Source of the DNA: Candidatus Nomurabacteria bacterium
GTDB lineage: Bacteria; Patescibacteriota; Saccharimonadia; JAGOAT01
DNA: 64,000 nucleotides
Reading direction: 5' to 3'
NCBI GenBank assembly: GCA_020639315.1
Contig: JACKGM010000001.1
Coordinates: forward strand, 310,767 to 374,766
Position 1 is the first letter of the stretch. The number at the start of each line of letters is the position of its first letter. Position numbers and translations under genes: made by a program. The notes beneath the pieces were generated by a model. The model was given only the letters and a program-made list of their open reading frames with translations. It was not told the DNA's origin and did no database searches. Below are positions 44,655 through 55,371 of the stretch, piece after piece.

Positions 44655-45901
44655 TAATGAGTAAAAAGATTGCAGTTAATGTCAAAGGTGTTTCAAAACA
44701 GTTTATCTTGCCACACGAGAAAATTAATACAATCAAGTCAACCTTTACAGGAATATTAAAAAAACGAGTTTCGCATAGCACTTCGATCCAGCAGGCCTTA
44801 AAGGATATTAGCTTTGAGGTCAAGGAAGGAGAATTTTTTGGTATAGTAGGACGCAATGGTTCGGGCAAAAGTACACTCCTTAAGATAATTGCTGGGATTT
44901 ACCAGCCTACGAGTGGAATAGTTAAGCAAGATGGAAGATTGGTACCTTTTATTGAGCTTGGTGTAGGGTTTAATCCAGAATTAACGGGTCGTCAAAATGT
45001 TTACCTCAATGGTGCATTACTCGGTTATTCCTCAAAAGAAGTAGATAGTATATATAGTGACATTGTCGATTTTGCTGAGCTAGAAGACTTCATGGATCAA
45101 AAGCTGAAAAATTACTCATCAGGTATGCAGGTTAGATTGGCATTTTCGGTAGCTACTAGAGCAAAGGCAGATATCCTCTTGATTGATGAGGTGCTTGCTG
45201 TCGGTGATGCTGACTTTCAGAAGAAGTGCTTTAGCTATTTTAGGAAACTAAAAAAGATGGGGAAGACTGTGATTTTTGTAAGCCATGACATGGATGCTGT
45301 TCGTGAATACTGTGATCGAGCTATTTTGATAGAGAATAGCAAGCTAGTAAAAGAAGGTAATTCGGAAGAAATTGCTAAGGAATATACCAAATTATTTATC
45401 CCAACTTTGCCCAAGGAACAACAGGATGCTATTCAAGCAGAGAGTCACAATCAAGAGCATGCCAAGGTGGGCGATTCGGGTGTGTGGGGTGTAGGCGGGG
45501 TCAAGATAGTGAATCTCAAGACAGATAAGGGTTACTACGAAGAGATTGATCAAAAGATTGAGTTATCATTTGGAGTTTTGGCAGACAAGGATTTTGAGGA
45601 TGAGATTATCCCTGGGTTTACGATTAAGGATCAAACAGGGCAAGCGATTTTGGGTACAAATACGCAAATTCTTCGAGTAGATAAAGGCCGGGTTACAATT
45701 AAGCCAAAAGAGAAGATTATCGTCAAATGGATTATACCGAATATTTTTAGTGACGGTACATATATTGTAGAACCAGCAGTGCTTTCCGGATCAATTTTAG
45801 AAACCTTGCAGTGGTGGGATAATGCCTTGAGTTTTGAAGTGAAAAATCAATATAATACACCCCATATCACTAGTCCCGAGATTGAAGTTACTATTAGTTA
45901 A
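44651..45901 (+). CDS. ABC export ATP-binding protein (Wzt/TagH-like) with an extra C-terminal domain, copy 2
   Basis: Motifs GRNGSGKSTLLK, YSSGMQVRLAFS and ILLIDEVLAVGD. Its C-terminal extension of about 170 aa is unrelated in sequence to that of copy 1. Confidence 0.85.
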   Translation: MIMSKKIAVNVKGVSKQFILPHEKINTIKSTFTGILKKRVSHSTSIQQALKDISFEVKEGEFFGIVGRNGSGKSTLLKIIAGIYQPTSGIVKQDGRLVPFIELGVGFNPELTGRQNVYLNGALLGYSSKEVDSIYSDIVDFAELEDFMDQKLKNYSSGMQVRLAFSVATRAKADILLIDEVLAVGDADFQKKCFSYFRKLKKMGKTVIFVSHDMDAVREYCDRAILIENSKLVKEGNSEEIAKEYTKLFIPTLPKEQQDAIQAESHNQEHAKVGDSGVWGVGGVKIVNLKTDKGYYEEIDQKIELSFGVLADKDFEDEIIPGFTIKDQTGQAILGTNTQILRVDKGRVTIKPKEKIIVKWIIPNIFSDGTYIVEPAVLSGSILETLQWWDNALSFEVKNQYNTPHITSPEIEVTIS

Positions 45902-47114
45902 AGCTATCTTTTAGCTGTTGTGTAAAGTTTGACCAGCTATACTGTGTGACTTCTTGGTAACCAGCTTGGATCATAGCCTCACGCCTATCTTGATCAAAAA
46001 GCTGGTTGATAGCTTCTGCAATCTCTTGGTATGACCCTGTTTTGACGAGCAATGCAGAGTTTTTCCCAATTTCAGCAATCGCAGAGTTTTTATAGGCAAC
46101 CACTGGACACCCCAAGAGATTGGCTTCAAGTATAGGCAACCCAAAACCTTCATATCTAGATGCCAGAATAAAGGCATGGGCATTTTGGTAGATAAATTTT
46201 TTGTCTTGTTCTGACAAGTAGCCTAGTAGATGTATTTGGTCTCGATAAGGGCTATTAGTAATTGCCTGCCTGATAGTATGGTTGGGTATCATTTTCAGTG
46301 ACTTTAGCTCATTGCCGACAAGGACTAGGTCTAGCTTTCTCCCCCTTCCATTGACAAGGTTTAACGCATAGATGATATCCTCGATCGATTTCCTACTATC
46401 TGTGCCACCCAAATAAAAGATATAAGGATTTTGAAAGTGGTAGTCACTCTTGATAGTGGTATCAGCTGAGTCACTTCTGACCGCGGGAGCTTCATAGGAT
46501 ACTTCAATTTTTTCTGGGTTAACTTTTAAGATATCTATCAGGGAATCACGTGTAGAATTGGAGATTGCTAATACTTTATCTGATCGCTTGAATAGTTTAT
46601 AGCTTCTCTTAGCTCTTTGCTGGTAATAAATTGCTCTTAAAAAATATTTGAGCTTTTGTTTTTTGCCGTGACCACGAGATGCGGCAAGACTTGGGCTGGG
46701 AAGATAGATATTTGGCATAATTAGTGGTATTAGGTCATGGGCAATACTAATCAATTTGATTTTTCTGAATCTAGGAGCGCCTAGGTTGAAATCAAATTGA
46801 ACAAAGTAGTCAGGCTTAAAGGGTTTGAGCTCATTAAATCGGTGAAAGATCAGCTTTAGAACATTTGGTATATCGCTAATCTTCTTTATATTAATCTTGA
46901 GGTAGGGAGTTGTGACAATTGTGTAATTAAGTTGGTTAAGGTTAATCCCCAGATCACCAATCGGATTTGAGCTATCAAACATATAGAGCAAGTAGTGATT
47001 GTTGTCATCCTTAAGGTTTTCAAGAGCATTGATTATAACCATACCCACACCTCTACTCTCGTGACCTATCTGCAGGGCTCTCAGATCTATTACAATTGTT
47101 TTTGACTTACTCAT
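45894..47114 (-). CDS. GT4-family (GT-B) glycosyltransferase
   Basis: The C-terminal EX7E-type region is SRYEGFGLPILEANLLGCPVV. Confidence 0.75.
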   Translation of the reverse strand: MSKSKTIVIDLRALQIGHESRGVGMVIINALENLKDDNNHYLLYMFDSSNPIGDLGINLNQLNYTIVTTPYLKINIKKISDIPNVLKLIFHRFNELKPFKPDYFVQFDFNLGAPRFRKIKLISIAHDLIPLIMPNIYLPSPSLAASRGHGKKQKLKYFLRAIYYQQRAKRSYKLFKRSDKVLAISNSTRDSLIDILKVNPEKIEVSYEAPAVRSDSADTTIKSDYHFQNPYIFYLGGTDSRKSIEDIIYALNLVNGRGRKLDLVLVGNELKSLKMIPNHTIRQAITNSPYRDQIHLLGYLSEQDKKFIYQNAHAFILASRYEGFGLPILEANLLGCPVVAYKNSAIAEIGKNSALLVKTGSYQEIAEAINQLFDQDRREAMIQAGYQEVTQYSWSNFTQQLKDSFN

Positions 47115-48273
47115 TTGCTACTTCCAAGGTAAGCTCTAGTAGTTTTTCTGCTTGCTCTTGCCATGAGAATTTATCCACTTGTTTATAACCCTCTTCAACC
47201 ATCGTTTGTCTTTTTGCTTGATTCCCTTCTTCAGAGAGTATGTGCTGGATTGTAGTTTGGAGTTGGTCAATTGAATCAGCGTTTACATATTTTGCAGCTT
47301 TACCAGCTGCCTCTGGGAGTGAAGAATTGTCGCTAGTGACTACTGGTACACCGCAAGCCATTGCTTCGACCGGGGGAATCCCAAATCCTTCATACTTACT
47401 TGGGTAGACGAAAAGAGAGGCACCACTATACAAAGCAGCCCGATCCTTATCTTCTACCCAGCCAAGAGGCTGTTGAATAAAATTACCAGCAATTCTTAGG
47501 CGTTCAATGATTTTAAATATCTCATCATCAAGCCAACCTCTAGCTCCAACCAAAAGCAAGGAGTACTCTTTTCGAGTGGATTTGGGTAATTTTTCGTAGG
47601 CTAGAAGTAAGTTTTTAAGATTTTTACGAGGTTCTATATTACCAACAAACAAGATGTATTTGCCATGTATCCCATAGCGAGCCTTTACTTTTGCTATTTC
47701 ATTTTTAGGCCAGCGAAAAAAACTAGATTGGTCTACCCCAGGATAAACAATTTTGATCTTAGATGGATCGAGGTTGTAAAAATCTAGGATCTCCTTTTTG
47801 CTATTTTCCGAAATTGTAACTATCCGGGTTGAGTTTTTGACTGTCTTTTTTACATTGTCACTTAAGAATTTTTGGTTTCGAGGTTCGACATATTCAGAAT
47901 GATATTCAAAAGAAAGGTCATAAATCATAGATATAGATTTGGAAAAAAGTAGTGGCCACGAGGTATAGTTTGGGAAAATATAAATATATCTGCCAAAGAA
48001 TAAATCATAATAAGGTTGTAAGCCTCTGATCTTAAGTCCATTACTGATACGCATCGGGAAAGGAGTTTTACGAAAGCGAAAATTTCTAAATCCATAAGAT
48101 TTAATTTTACCAATATTACGGAAATAAACACCTAGTGTGATTTGGATATCATTTCTATCTTCTATAATGTCATCAAGTGCTCTAAGTAGCTCCAGGGTAT
48201 AGTGACCAATGCCACTAAAATGAGGCACTACTAGTACTTCTGCATCCAGGTAAATTTTTAGTTTCTTTGCCAT
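47107..48273 (-). CDS. GT4-family (GT-B) glycosyltransferase
   Basis: It contains SKYEGFGIPPVEAMACGVPVV. Confidence 0.75.
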   Translation of the reverse strand: MAKKLKIYLDAEVLVVPHFSGIGHYTLELLRALDDIIEDRNDIQITLGVYFRNIGKIKSYGFRNFRFRKTPFPMRISNGLKIRGLQPYYDLFFGRYIYIFPNYTSWPLLFSKSISMIYDLSFEYHSEYVEPRNQKFLSDNVKKTVKNSTRIVTISENSKKEILDFYNLDPSKIKIVYPGVDQSSFFRWPKNEIAKVKARYGIHGKYILFVGNIEPRKNLKNLLLAYEKLPKSTRKEYSLLLVGARGWLDDEIFKIIERLRIAGNFIQQPLGWVEDKDRAALYSGASLFVYPSKYEGFGIPPVEAMACGVPVVTSDNSSLPEAAGKAAKYVNADSIDQLQTTIQHILSEEGNQAKRQTMVEEGYKQVDKFSWQEQAEKLLELTLEVANE

Positions 48274-48337
48274 TATTCAGATATTGATTATACAGATTTA
48301 TTGCAGATATAGCCACATATTATTTAGCTAGGCATGC

Positions 48338-50362
48338 TTAATTGGTAAAAGTTTGAGTACTCCATCTGGCCAACCAAGGGTGTTGTAGGATAAAATATAG
48401 TACTAAATTGCCATCATCTTGCATGACAAGGTTATTGGCATCAGTATTAGGGGTTTTGGTGTGCCAAATTGGTTTCCAGGGGTTGGTAGATTTATTATAT
48501 AAGACCAGGTTGCCGTCAGATTGCATTCTTAGGATATTTGCACCTGATCCAACTGTCCTTGCACTCCAGATAGGCTTCCAGGGTGTTTTGAAGGTGTCAT
48601 AAGTCACCAAGTTACCGTCATCTTGTAAGATTAATCTGAGACGACCATTAGTAGAGGCTATAGTTTGCCCTGTAGTAATAGATTGGTTTGTGCCTAGCAT
48701 TGACTGAGGTCTAGATTCTACATTGAGATTGATGCCACCTATATTGTCATTTACCCATATTATGCCATCTACTACAAAACCGAATTGCTCTGAGTATACA
48801 CCTGGATCATTCGGTGCAGTGATAGAGAAATTAAAGCTACCAGATTGTCCGGGCTGGATATCTCCCTCATTTGCATTACTAGCTCTATTGCTTGACAACC
48901 AACTCTGATCTTTGATTGCGCTAATTCTATTGAGGGGATTTGTAGTAGCGATTCTTGAGATCGACTTTGGAAAAACTTGGTTGCCAGTATTTTTTAGCTT
49001 GATTGATGCATAAAGTTTATTTCCTGCCAAGATCTTAGGACTGTTACCAGATACTGGTAGAGTTCTACTAGCGTCATAATATAAATCAAAATTTTGAATA
49101 CTTACTTGATAGTAAGGAGTAGCTGAAGCAACGGTATAATTAATAGGGATTGAACCTGAAAACCAACGCACGCCATCGTCAACCATACTAAAGGATTCTT
49201 GGTATTGTCCAATGCTACTAGTGACGCTAGCCATAAAGCTAAAGCTACCTAATTCTCCTGGCTTGACGGTAGTTTGATCGATTTTGGTCGGCCGGTTATT
49301 ACTAATCCAAGAGCTATTACTAAGGTCAGAAGGGTGGTTATCGGGGTTGATGGTTCCTAGTCTCAAGGTGTTACTTTGCCAGACCTGATTACCAGTGTTC
49401 TTGACGGTTACCTTGATATAGACATTGGAGCCAGGATTGAGGCTAACAGAATTGACACCTATTTGGGTTGTCTGCTGCGAATCAGAATAGAATTTTACAT
49501 CTTGGAGGCTATAGCTATAGACTTGGCCAGTGTTTGGCTGTCCAAACCAACTAGAGTAGTAAAGGAAAAAGTTACGATTGCCGTAGGCACCACAGTTTGC
49601 AGTACCCCAGCCTGCATCAAGGGCGGCTTGGTTTGGCTGGTAAGGTGTGTAATTGTACAGTGCTTTTGTAGCTCTATTTTGGATATTGACTGTACTTCCG
49701 CCACAGGCGGCATTTGGATTGTATTGGATATAATTATTGCCTAGGATATAAGGTGTATACCAGTTGGGTGAGTCAGTCATGATCGCATTAAACATTGTAG
49801 CTGCCCATTTAATTTGATTGATTAGACCGTAGTATTTCTGATCACAGACGGCAGTATCCGGACAGCCATAGCCAGTGGCAGAACGATATTGTATATTAAA
49901 GGGCCAGGCATCGGTGATTAGGCTTTGTTCCTTTTGAATTAACACCAAAAGAACTTGAGGGTTGATCTGGTATTGTTGGGCAGTGTCGTAGATAACTTGA
50001 GCTGCAGTTCTGCCATCTTCAGCTCTGTAATCCTTGAGGCAAGTAAAAGTGGTCTGATTGTGGTGATATTTACCAAATTCCCAACGCTGGATTTTGCCAT
50101 CGCCATTGTAATCTGGTACACCAGAGTTATTGAGCTCAGAAGTTGCTTGACCCTGGGTATCACAATTAGTAACTTTTGAGTTAAGAAAGTTCTGGATTTG
50201 GGTTGCAGTCATCGAATCTTTTGCAGTCATATTACTGTCAGATATAATATTACCAGCTTGCCAGTTGCTGATAGCCGCCTGACTGACTGGGCTTAAGCCG
50301 AGATTGATCCAGCCAACAATTATCATCAAGCTTACTACGATTAGGTTCAATCGTAATTTCAT
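48338..50362 (-). CDS. Secreted multidomain protein: a Cys-containing N-terminal domain, two Ig-like repeats and a C-terminal bulb-type (beta-prism II) mannose-binding lectin domain
   Basis: It has a signal or TM anchor at the N-terminus. Three lectin subdomain motifs are present: LQDDGNLVTY, MQSDGNLVLY and MQDDGNLVLY. Two repeats match VKNTGNQVW...S.W.S.NR...G..G.F.F. Confidence 0.7.
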   Translation of the reverse strand: MKLRLNLIVVSLMIIVGWINLGLSPVSQAAISNWQAGNIISDSNMTAKDSMTATQIQNFLNSKVTNCDTQGQATSELNNSGVPDYNGDGKIQRWEFGKYHHNQTTFTCLKDYRAEDGRTAAQVIYDTAQQYQINPQVLLVLIQKEQSLITDAWPFNIQYRSATGYGCPDTAVCDQKYYGLINQIKWAATMFNAIMTDSPNWYTPYILGNNYIQYNPNAACGGSTVNIQNRATKALYNYTPYQPNQAALDAGWGTANCGAYGNRNFFLYYSSWFGQPNTGQVYSYSLQDVKFYSDSQQTTQIGVNSVSLNPGSNVYIKVTVKNTGNQVWQSNTLRLGTINPDNHPSDLSNSSWISNNRPTKIDQTTVKPGELGSFSFMASVTSSIGQYQESFSMVDDGVRWFSGSIPINYTVASATPYYQVSIQNFDLYYDASRTLPVSGNSPKILAGNKLYASIKLKNTGNQVFPKSISRIATTNPLNRISAIKDQSWLSSNRASNANEGDIQPGQSGSFNFSITAPNDPGVYSEQFGFVVDGIIWVNDNIGGINLNVESRPQSMLGTNQSITTGQTIASTNGRLRLILQDDGNLVTYDTFKTPWKPIWSARTVGSGANILRMQSDGNLVLYNKSTNPWKPIWHTKTPNTDANNLVMQDDGNLVLYFILQHPWLARWSTQTFTN

Positions 50363-50931
50363 TGGATTTCTACCTCTTGACTAGTAGATCCGGAGTGGGA
50401 TTGGCTACTATAGGTTATAGTGACTGTCCAATGTCCTTGACTAAGGTTTTGTTTGTCTAGATCAAATCCCTGACAAGTGGAAGTATTGGCTAGTGGTTGA
50501 GTTGCGCTAGACTCAGTATAGGTTTCACCTGTATCTTTACGGAGCTCTAGTTTGCACTGACCAGTACTATCCAGATCTTGGATGAGAGCTCGCACCTGTA
50601 GAGTAGTGTCGGTCTGTTGCAGTGCGCTAATCTGGATATCTACGGCTTGATTGTTTTGATTGGTATCATTCACTTCAGACGTATTAGGTTCTACAGTTTC
50701 AGCTTCAGGTTGTTTGATAGCATCTTCACTAGTCTTTTGTTCTTCCGGATCTAGGTTCAGAAGGTCTTCGTTGGTATCACTAATATTTGATTGAGATTCT
50801 TGGTTGTCGGTATTAGAATTATCACTTGATTTATAGTATATAAATCCTAGTGTAGCCAATAGTATGAGCATAAAAGTAGCTATCAGCCATTGTTTGTGAT
50901 ATTTATTTTTGGTGTTTTGCCCTCTTTTCAT
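50359..50931 (-). CDS. Hypothetical membrane-anchored protein with an acidic/polar linker and a small 2-Cys C-terminal domain
   Basis: 190-aa ORF whose stop overlaps the start of the lectin gene. Confidence 0.45.
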   Translation of the reverse strand: MKRGQNTKNKYHKQWLIATFMLILLATLGFIYYKSSDNSNTDNQESQSNISDTNEDLLNLDPEEQKTSEDAIKQPEAETVEPNTSEVNDTNQNNQAVDIQISALQQTDTTLQVRALIQDLDSTGQCKLELRKDTGETYTESSATQPLANTSTCQGFDLDKQNLSQGHWTVTITYSSQSHSGSTSQEVEIQ

Positions 50932-51015
50932 AATAGTTTGCCCTTATCTAATTCCCTAATTAGATAATACTACATAGGTGTTATTGGAGCAAGTTTTATG
51001 GTATCCTACTAAGTA

Positions 51016-53283
51016 ATGAAAAATGATATTGGCCCTGAATTGACCAAATCAGAATCAGTAAAAAAGAATCGATTGGCAGTAGGGCCTTTAGGCACAAAAT
51101 TGTTACTGGTAATACTTGCTATATCATTCTTGATTTTTGTGATTTTTCTTTGGGTTGGATTAGGTTTTGGCGGGCCGGCTTACTTGACCGATGAAATAGG
51201 CTACCTAGTAAAGGCGGCAGCTCTTGCTGGTAGTAAGATCGATTCAACCTCGGCTTGGCATAGTGGATACTCATTTTTTATTGCTCCATTTTTTGTCATC
51301 TTTGATAATCCTCTACGAGTATGGAAAGGGGTAGCATTAATCAATGCGATGTTTTGGGCAGCTAGCTATCTATTGAATGTCTTTGTGTTACGATCAATAT
51401 TTCCTAGCAAATCTGATAAACAGATTATTTTAGCGAGTTTAGTGGCATTCCTTTATCCTAGTTGGTTAAGTATCACCGGATACGCCTTCCCGAGTAGCCT
51501 TTTTACATTTATTTTGATGCTTACTCTTATTTTATACTTAAAAAGTAACCTGGAGTTTAACCGCTATCTAGCTTTGGCATTGGTTCTGAGTGGCTTTCTG
51601 TATTGGGTTCACCCGATTGGTATTATATTTGTCTTTCTTAGCTTGATTGTGGTGAGTTTTGCTGGGTTTACTAGAAAGGAAAAGTTATTTAGATGGTTAT
51701 TATATTTATTGGTGCCTATCGCGGTCACACTGGTATACATGCTAGTCATTAGACCCTTTATAACCGATCTACTCAGTCCAAGTGGGATTATTGAGATAGA
51801 TCACTATACTAGAGATAAAGATAGAATCTTGCAAAACCTTCTTACCTTAGAATTTTATCAAGAAATTTTGATTGTATTAGCTGGACACCTTGGCTATTTA
51901 CTAGTATCAAGTTTTGGGGTGGTAAGTTTCTTGCTAGTATATTTAGTTTCTAGATTAAAAGCAGCAGGACGAAGCCAGAAAAGAATATTTAGTAGTCTAC
52001 TGAATCCAGAACTATATATACCAATTATTAGCTTAATGGGAGTAATTGGGGTGATTATTTTGGTGTCTATTACTTCTTCAGGGACTTCTATATTAAGAAT
52101 TGATCAATGGATCTATGGTCGTTATCTAGAGATGACTTTATTACCAGTGATTGGTATCAGCCTGTTGGTCCCTTGGCAGAAGAATACAGCCTTTATGAGT
52201 GCTACAATACTATTACTAATCGGCATTATTTTAAATCTATTTACAAATTCTCATAATACTACTCCTGTGATTAATGAGGTTAATATCCAATCATTTTGGC
52301 CTTTTGTTATTGCAGGTGATGGAAATTATCTTGATTGGTTTATTTTTGGGGCAGTTGGAGTAGCACTACTTGGATTATTGATTTGGGTCAATAAAAGAAT
52401 ACTAATCTTGCCAATTTTCATCTTGTTAGCAATAGCTTCATTTAATGTTCAAAAAGACTGGCACCAGAGTATAATTAGCAACTATTCATATACAACAGAA
52501 CTTTATCCAATGGTTACTAATCATTTTGCCCCAGACACAACTAGCTGTATTGGATTTGATGACTCAGACCATTCAATTGATCCAGAGAGGGGAGAGAGAC
52601 TGAGGCTATACAGTTTTTATCTCAAAAACTATAGCTTACTTAAGATAGATTTTCAGGAGTGGCTAGATCAATGTAATGGTCCATATTTGACCTATTCATT
52701 AGATGATTTAGATTTTGAGCAAGCTCAGGTAGTAGGCAGAGAAGTTCCTTCGGGTCTTTATTTTGTAGTTAAGAAATCTTCGCTTGATCAGTTTGTAGAC
52801 TATCAAGAACTGGTGCCGACTTCAAATTTTTACTTTAATTTGTCGGATCAAGATTGTGTGATTCAGGGTTGTTTTGATTGGTATGCTCGTGAAGGGGGTC
52901 AGGCTGTTGGTTTCCCGGTAACAGGAGAGTATTATGCTGGTTTACTAATCAGTAAGCCATCTATGCTGCCTACACTCTATGGTCCTTATACTAGGGTCAA
53001 ACAAGGTGAATATCTACTAAGTATATCTGCTCGCTACCTGGATTTTAGTAGTCAGCAGGAGGTGATGCAGGTATCTATAGTATATGATAAAGGACGCAAG
53101 GTTAGTAAGTCGGTAGAAATCAGCAAGCAAGAAATGTTGACCGAGTCTGGGGAGATTAAGATTCCATTTAGCCTGGATAGTGACGTAGAGGATTTGGAGG
53201 TACAGATTGGAGTTATTGACCCAAGACTGATAGACAGAAGTATTTTTGCTCTAGACTCATATAAGGTTGAGATTAGACCCTGA
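51016..53283 (+). CDS. Large polytopic membrane protein, GT-C-like (ArnT/PMT-like) glycosyltransferase candidate with a soluble C-terminal domain
   Basis: 755 aa, with more than 10 predicted TM helices followed by about 270 soluble residues. It lies within the glycan locus. Confidence 0.5.
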   Translation: MKNDIGPELTKSESVKKNRLAVGPLGTKLLLVILAISFLIFVIFLWVGLGFGGPAYLTDEIGYLVKAAALAGSKIDSTSAWHSGYSFFIAPFFVIFDNPLRVWKGVALINAMFWAASYLLNVFVLRSIFPSKSDKQIILASLVAFLYPSWLSITGYAFPSSLFTFILMLTLILYLKSNLEFNRYLALALVLSGFLYWVHPIGIIFVFLSLIVVSFAGFTRKEKLFRWLLYLLVPIAVTLVYMLVIRPFITDLLSPSGIIEIDHYTRDKDRILQNLLTLEFYQEILIVLAGHLGYLLVSSFGVVSFLLVYLVSRLKAAGRSQKRIFSSLLNPELYIPIISLMGVIGVIILVSITSSGTSILRIDQWIYGRYLEMTLLPVIGISLLVPWQKNTAFMSATILLLIGIILNLFTNSHNTTPVINEVNIQSFWPFVIAGDGNYLDWFIFGAVGVALLGLLIWVNKRILILPIFILLAIASFNVQKDWHQSIISNYSYTTELYPMVTNHFAPDTTSCIGFDDSDHSIDPERGERLRLYSFYLKNYSLLKIDFQEWLDQCNGPYLTYSLDDLDFEQAQVVGREVPSGLYFVVKKSSLDQFVDYQELVPTSNFYFNLSDQDCVIQGCFDWYAREGGQAVGFPVTGEYYAGLLISKPSMLPTLYGPYTRVKQGEYLLSISARYLDFSSQQEVMQVSIVYDKGRKVSKSVEISKQEMLTESGEIKIPFSLDSDVEDLEVQIGVIDPRLIDRSIFALDSYKVEIRP

Positions 53284-54415
53284 CCTGGTTGATCAAATCG
53301 ATGATTGATTTTGCCATTGCATTCCAATCGTTGCCGTTGACCTGGAGGTTTTTACTAAGCCTTAGATAATCTTGAGATTTTATCTGATGTAGGAGATCAC
53401 TCAGCGCTTGACTGTTTGGCTCTATTAGCCACCCAGTTTGGTTGGGTATTACTACATCACTAATCCCACCGACTTTTGTAGCAATTACTGGTCGGTTGAG
53501 ATGATAAGCTAGAGGTATAATACCACTACCACTAGCACTCTTATAAGGCAATACGACTATATCAGAATTGTTGATATAGTTGACCATTGATTGGGAAGAG
53601 GCATAGGCTAGATTATGAGAGATACCAAGAGAATCCAATTGTTGAGCTAGTTGAGTTTTGTCTCCCCAGACTTCACCAACTACTTGGAGGTTAATTCTCT
53701 TGCGATCAGATTCTGAGAGTTTGGCATACGCTTCTATCAGAAGGTCTAGCCCTTTATAGGGGCGGATAAATCCGATAAAAAGTAGTTCTAGCTTGTCGCT
53801 AGGTAGCTTCTTACTGGTCGGCTCTGGAAAAGTTGTAGGCGAAGGTAGAGGTTTCTGGACAACTGGTTTTTTGTTTCCGATTATCTTTATCAACTCTTTG
53901 GCGTCTAGCGAACTATGGACAAGATATCCATCAGCTACCTTGAGTAGCCACTTGGAGCTAGTCTTGAGTAGCCGTTCGGGTATTTTGTGGCCAAATATCG
54001 TAATATCGTGGTCATAGAGATTGTGACAGATGAATATTACGGGTATATTAGATCTCTGTAATTTTTTTGAGATATACCAGAAAGCAGGTTGCCAAAATAG
54101 GGTCCACCAGTTGATTAAAAGCACATCTGGATTTTGCTTCTTGATCGTATTGACTGTAGTTTGCCAGGATCTAGGATTGTTGGAGTCTAGGATATAGGAG
54201 ATATCTTGAGCGAAGTCCTCGTCTTCTTGGTTGTTGGTAGCTCCAGGATATAAAAATGTAGGATATTGTCTCTTGAAGGAGATCAAGTCGACCTTAGCGA
54301 GCTTTTTGAGAGTATATGCTAAATCTGTATTATACTGTACTATCCCTCCTCGGTAGGGCAAGGTAGGACCGATGATTGATATTTTTAGTTGAGGTTGCTG
54401 GTTTGTAGATGGCAT
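53273..54415 (-). CDS. GT4-family (GT-B) glycosyltransferase
   Basis: It contains YKSASGSGIIPLAYHLNRPVIATKVGG, within a GT-B architecture. Confidence 0.65.
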   Translation of the reverse strand: MPSTNQQPQLKISIIGPTLPYRGGIVQYNTDLAYTLKKLAKVDLISFKRQYPTFLYPGATNNQEDEDFAQDISYILDSNNPRSWQTTVNTIKKQNPDVLLINWWTLFWQPAFWYISKKLQRSNIPVIFICHNLYDHDITIFGHKIPERLLKTSSKWLLKVADGYLVHSSLDAKELIKIIGNKKPVVQKPLPSPTTFPEPTSKKLPSDKLELLFIGFIRPYKGLDLLIEAYAKLSESDRKRINLQVVGEVWGDKTQLAQQLDSLGISHNLAYASSQSMVNYINNSDIVVLPYKSASGSGIIPLAYHLNRPVIATKVGGISDVVIPNQTGWLIEPNSQALSDLLHQIKSQDYLRLSKNLQVNGNDWNAMAKSIIDLINQVRV

Positions 54416-54420
54416 ATTGG

Positions 54421-55371
54421 TTAATCAGTATTATTTTTTAGTTTACTCGAGGTATTGAAGGGATTGATCTTAGTATAATGTTTTGTAATAAGGATAATTA
54501 GGAAAATCATAAAAAGAAATATTACATAGTATGCTCGATCGATAATGCTAGCTGCAACTATGTCTTGAGTGGATACGCCATGTAAGTTTTGGCTTAGTAC
54601 TAGAAAAGATTCTCGAAATCCAATTGCTCCTGGAGTCAGAGATACAAAGAGGGCTAAGTTTGCTGCTCCAGTGTATACTAGTGACTGTTGATAACTGACA
54701 GCCCCAGCACTCACTGTCGATAATTCTATATAATAAACTAGTGAGCTAGATAAGACTAATAATCCAGTCATTAGGCCAATCATCCAAAGATTCTGGTTGT
54801 AGAGGCTTAGGTTAGTCAGATGGTTCTTTATGGTTTGAGATATCAACTTGTCTTTGTGTAGGTCTACTGTGTAGGCAATAGACAGTATTATGATTGCAGT
54901 TAAGCTTAGGGCGGTCACGATTTTTGGATACTGTGAAAGCCCAGCAATCAGTAAGATTAGACTATTGATCAGGGCAAAGAATAGATAAAATATTAAAGTA
55001 GCACGAATAAAGTGTCGGTATTTTATCTGGTATTTCTTATTGAGGTAGATAGCTCTGAAGCCCGGTCCACTCTGGAGTGGTCCGAAAAAGTTGACTATCG
55101 AAGAATACCCGGTCAGGAAGAGATTATCAGTCAGTGGTGTTTTTTTGTTTAGATAGGAAAGCGTAAAGTGCAGGATGAGGGAGTTCGCTATGATTGTCAT
55201 GATGAAAGCTATAGTCAGCCCAATAGCAGTGATTGGGGAAATATGAATAATAACTGAAAGGGTATTTGGGTTATTATGTAGGTACAATCCAAAGATGCCA
55301 ATCGTCAAGATGATCATCCCTAAAATCACAAGATTGCGAATCTGTTTATTATCGAGCAGTCTTGTAATCAT
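54421..55371 (-). CDS. Flippase-like polytopic membrane protein (UPF0104 / LPG-synthase-TM-like)
   Basis: It has about eight TM helices and is translationally coupled to the upstream GT2 gene, a common pairing. Confidence 0.5.
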   Translation of the reverse strand: MITRLLDNKQIRNLVILGMIILTIGIFGLYLHNNPNTLSVIIHISPITAIGLTIAFIMTIIANSLILHFTLSYLNKKTPLTDNLFLTGYSSIVNFFGPLQSGPGFRAIYLNKKYQIKYRHFIRATLIFYLFFALINSLILLIAGLSQYPKIVTALSLTAIIILSIAYTVDLHKDKLISQTIKNHLTNLSLYNQNLWMIGLMTGLLVLSSSLVYYIELSTVSAGAVSYQQSLVYTGAANLALFVSLTPGAIGFRESFLVLSQNLHGVSTQDIVAASIIDRAYYVIFLFMIFLIILITKHYTKINPFNTSSKLKNNTD

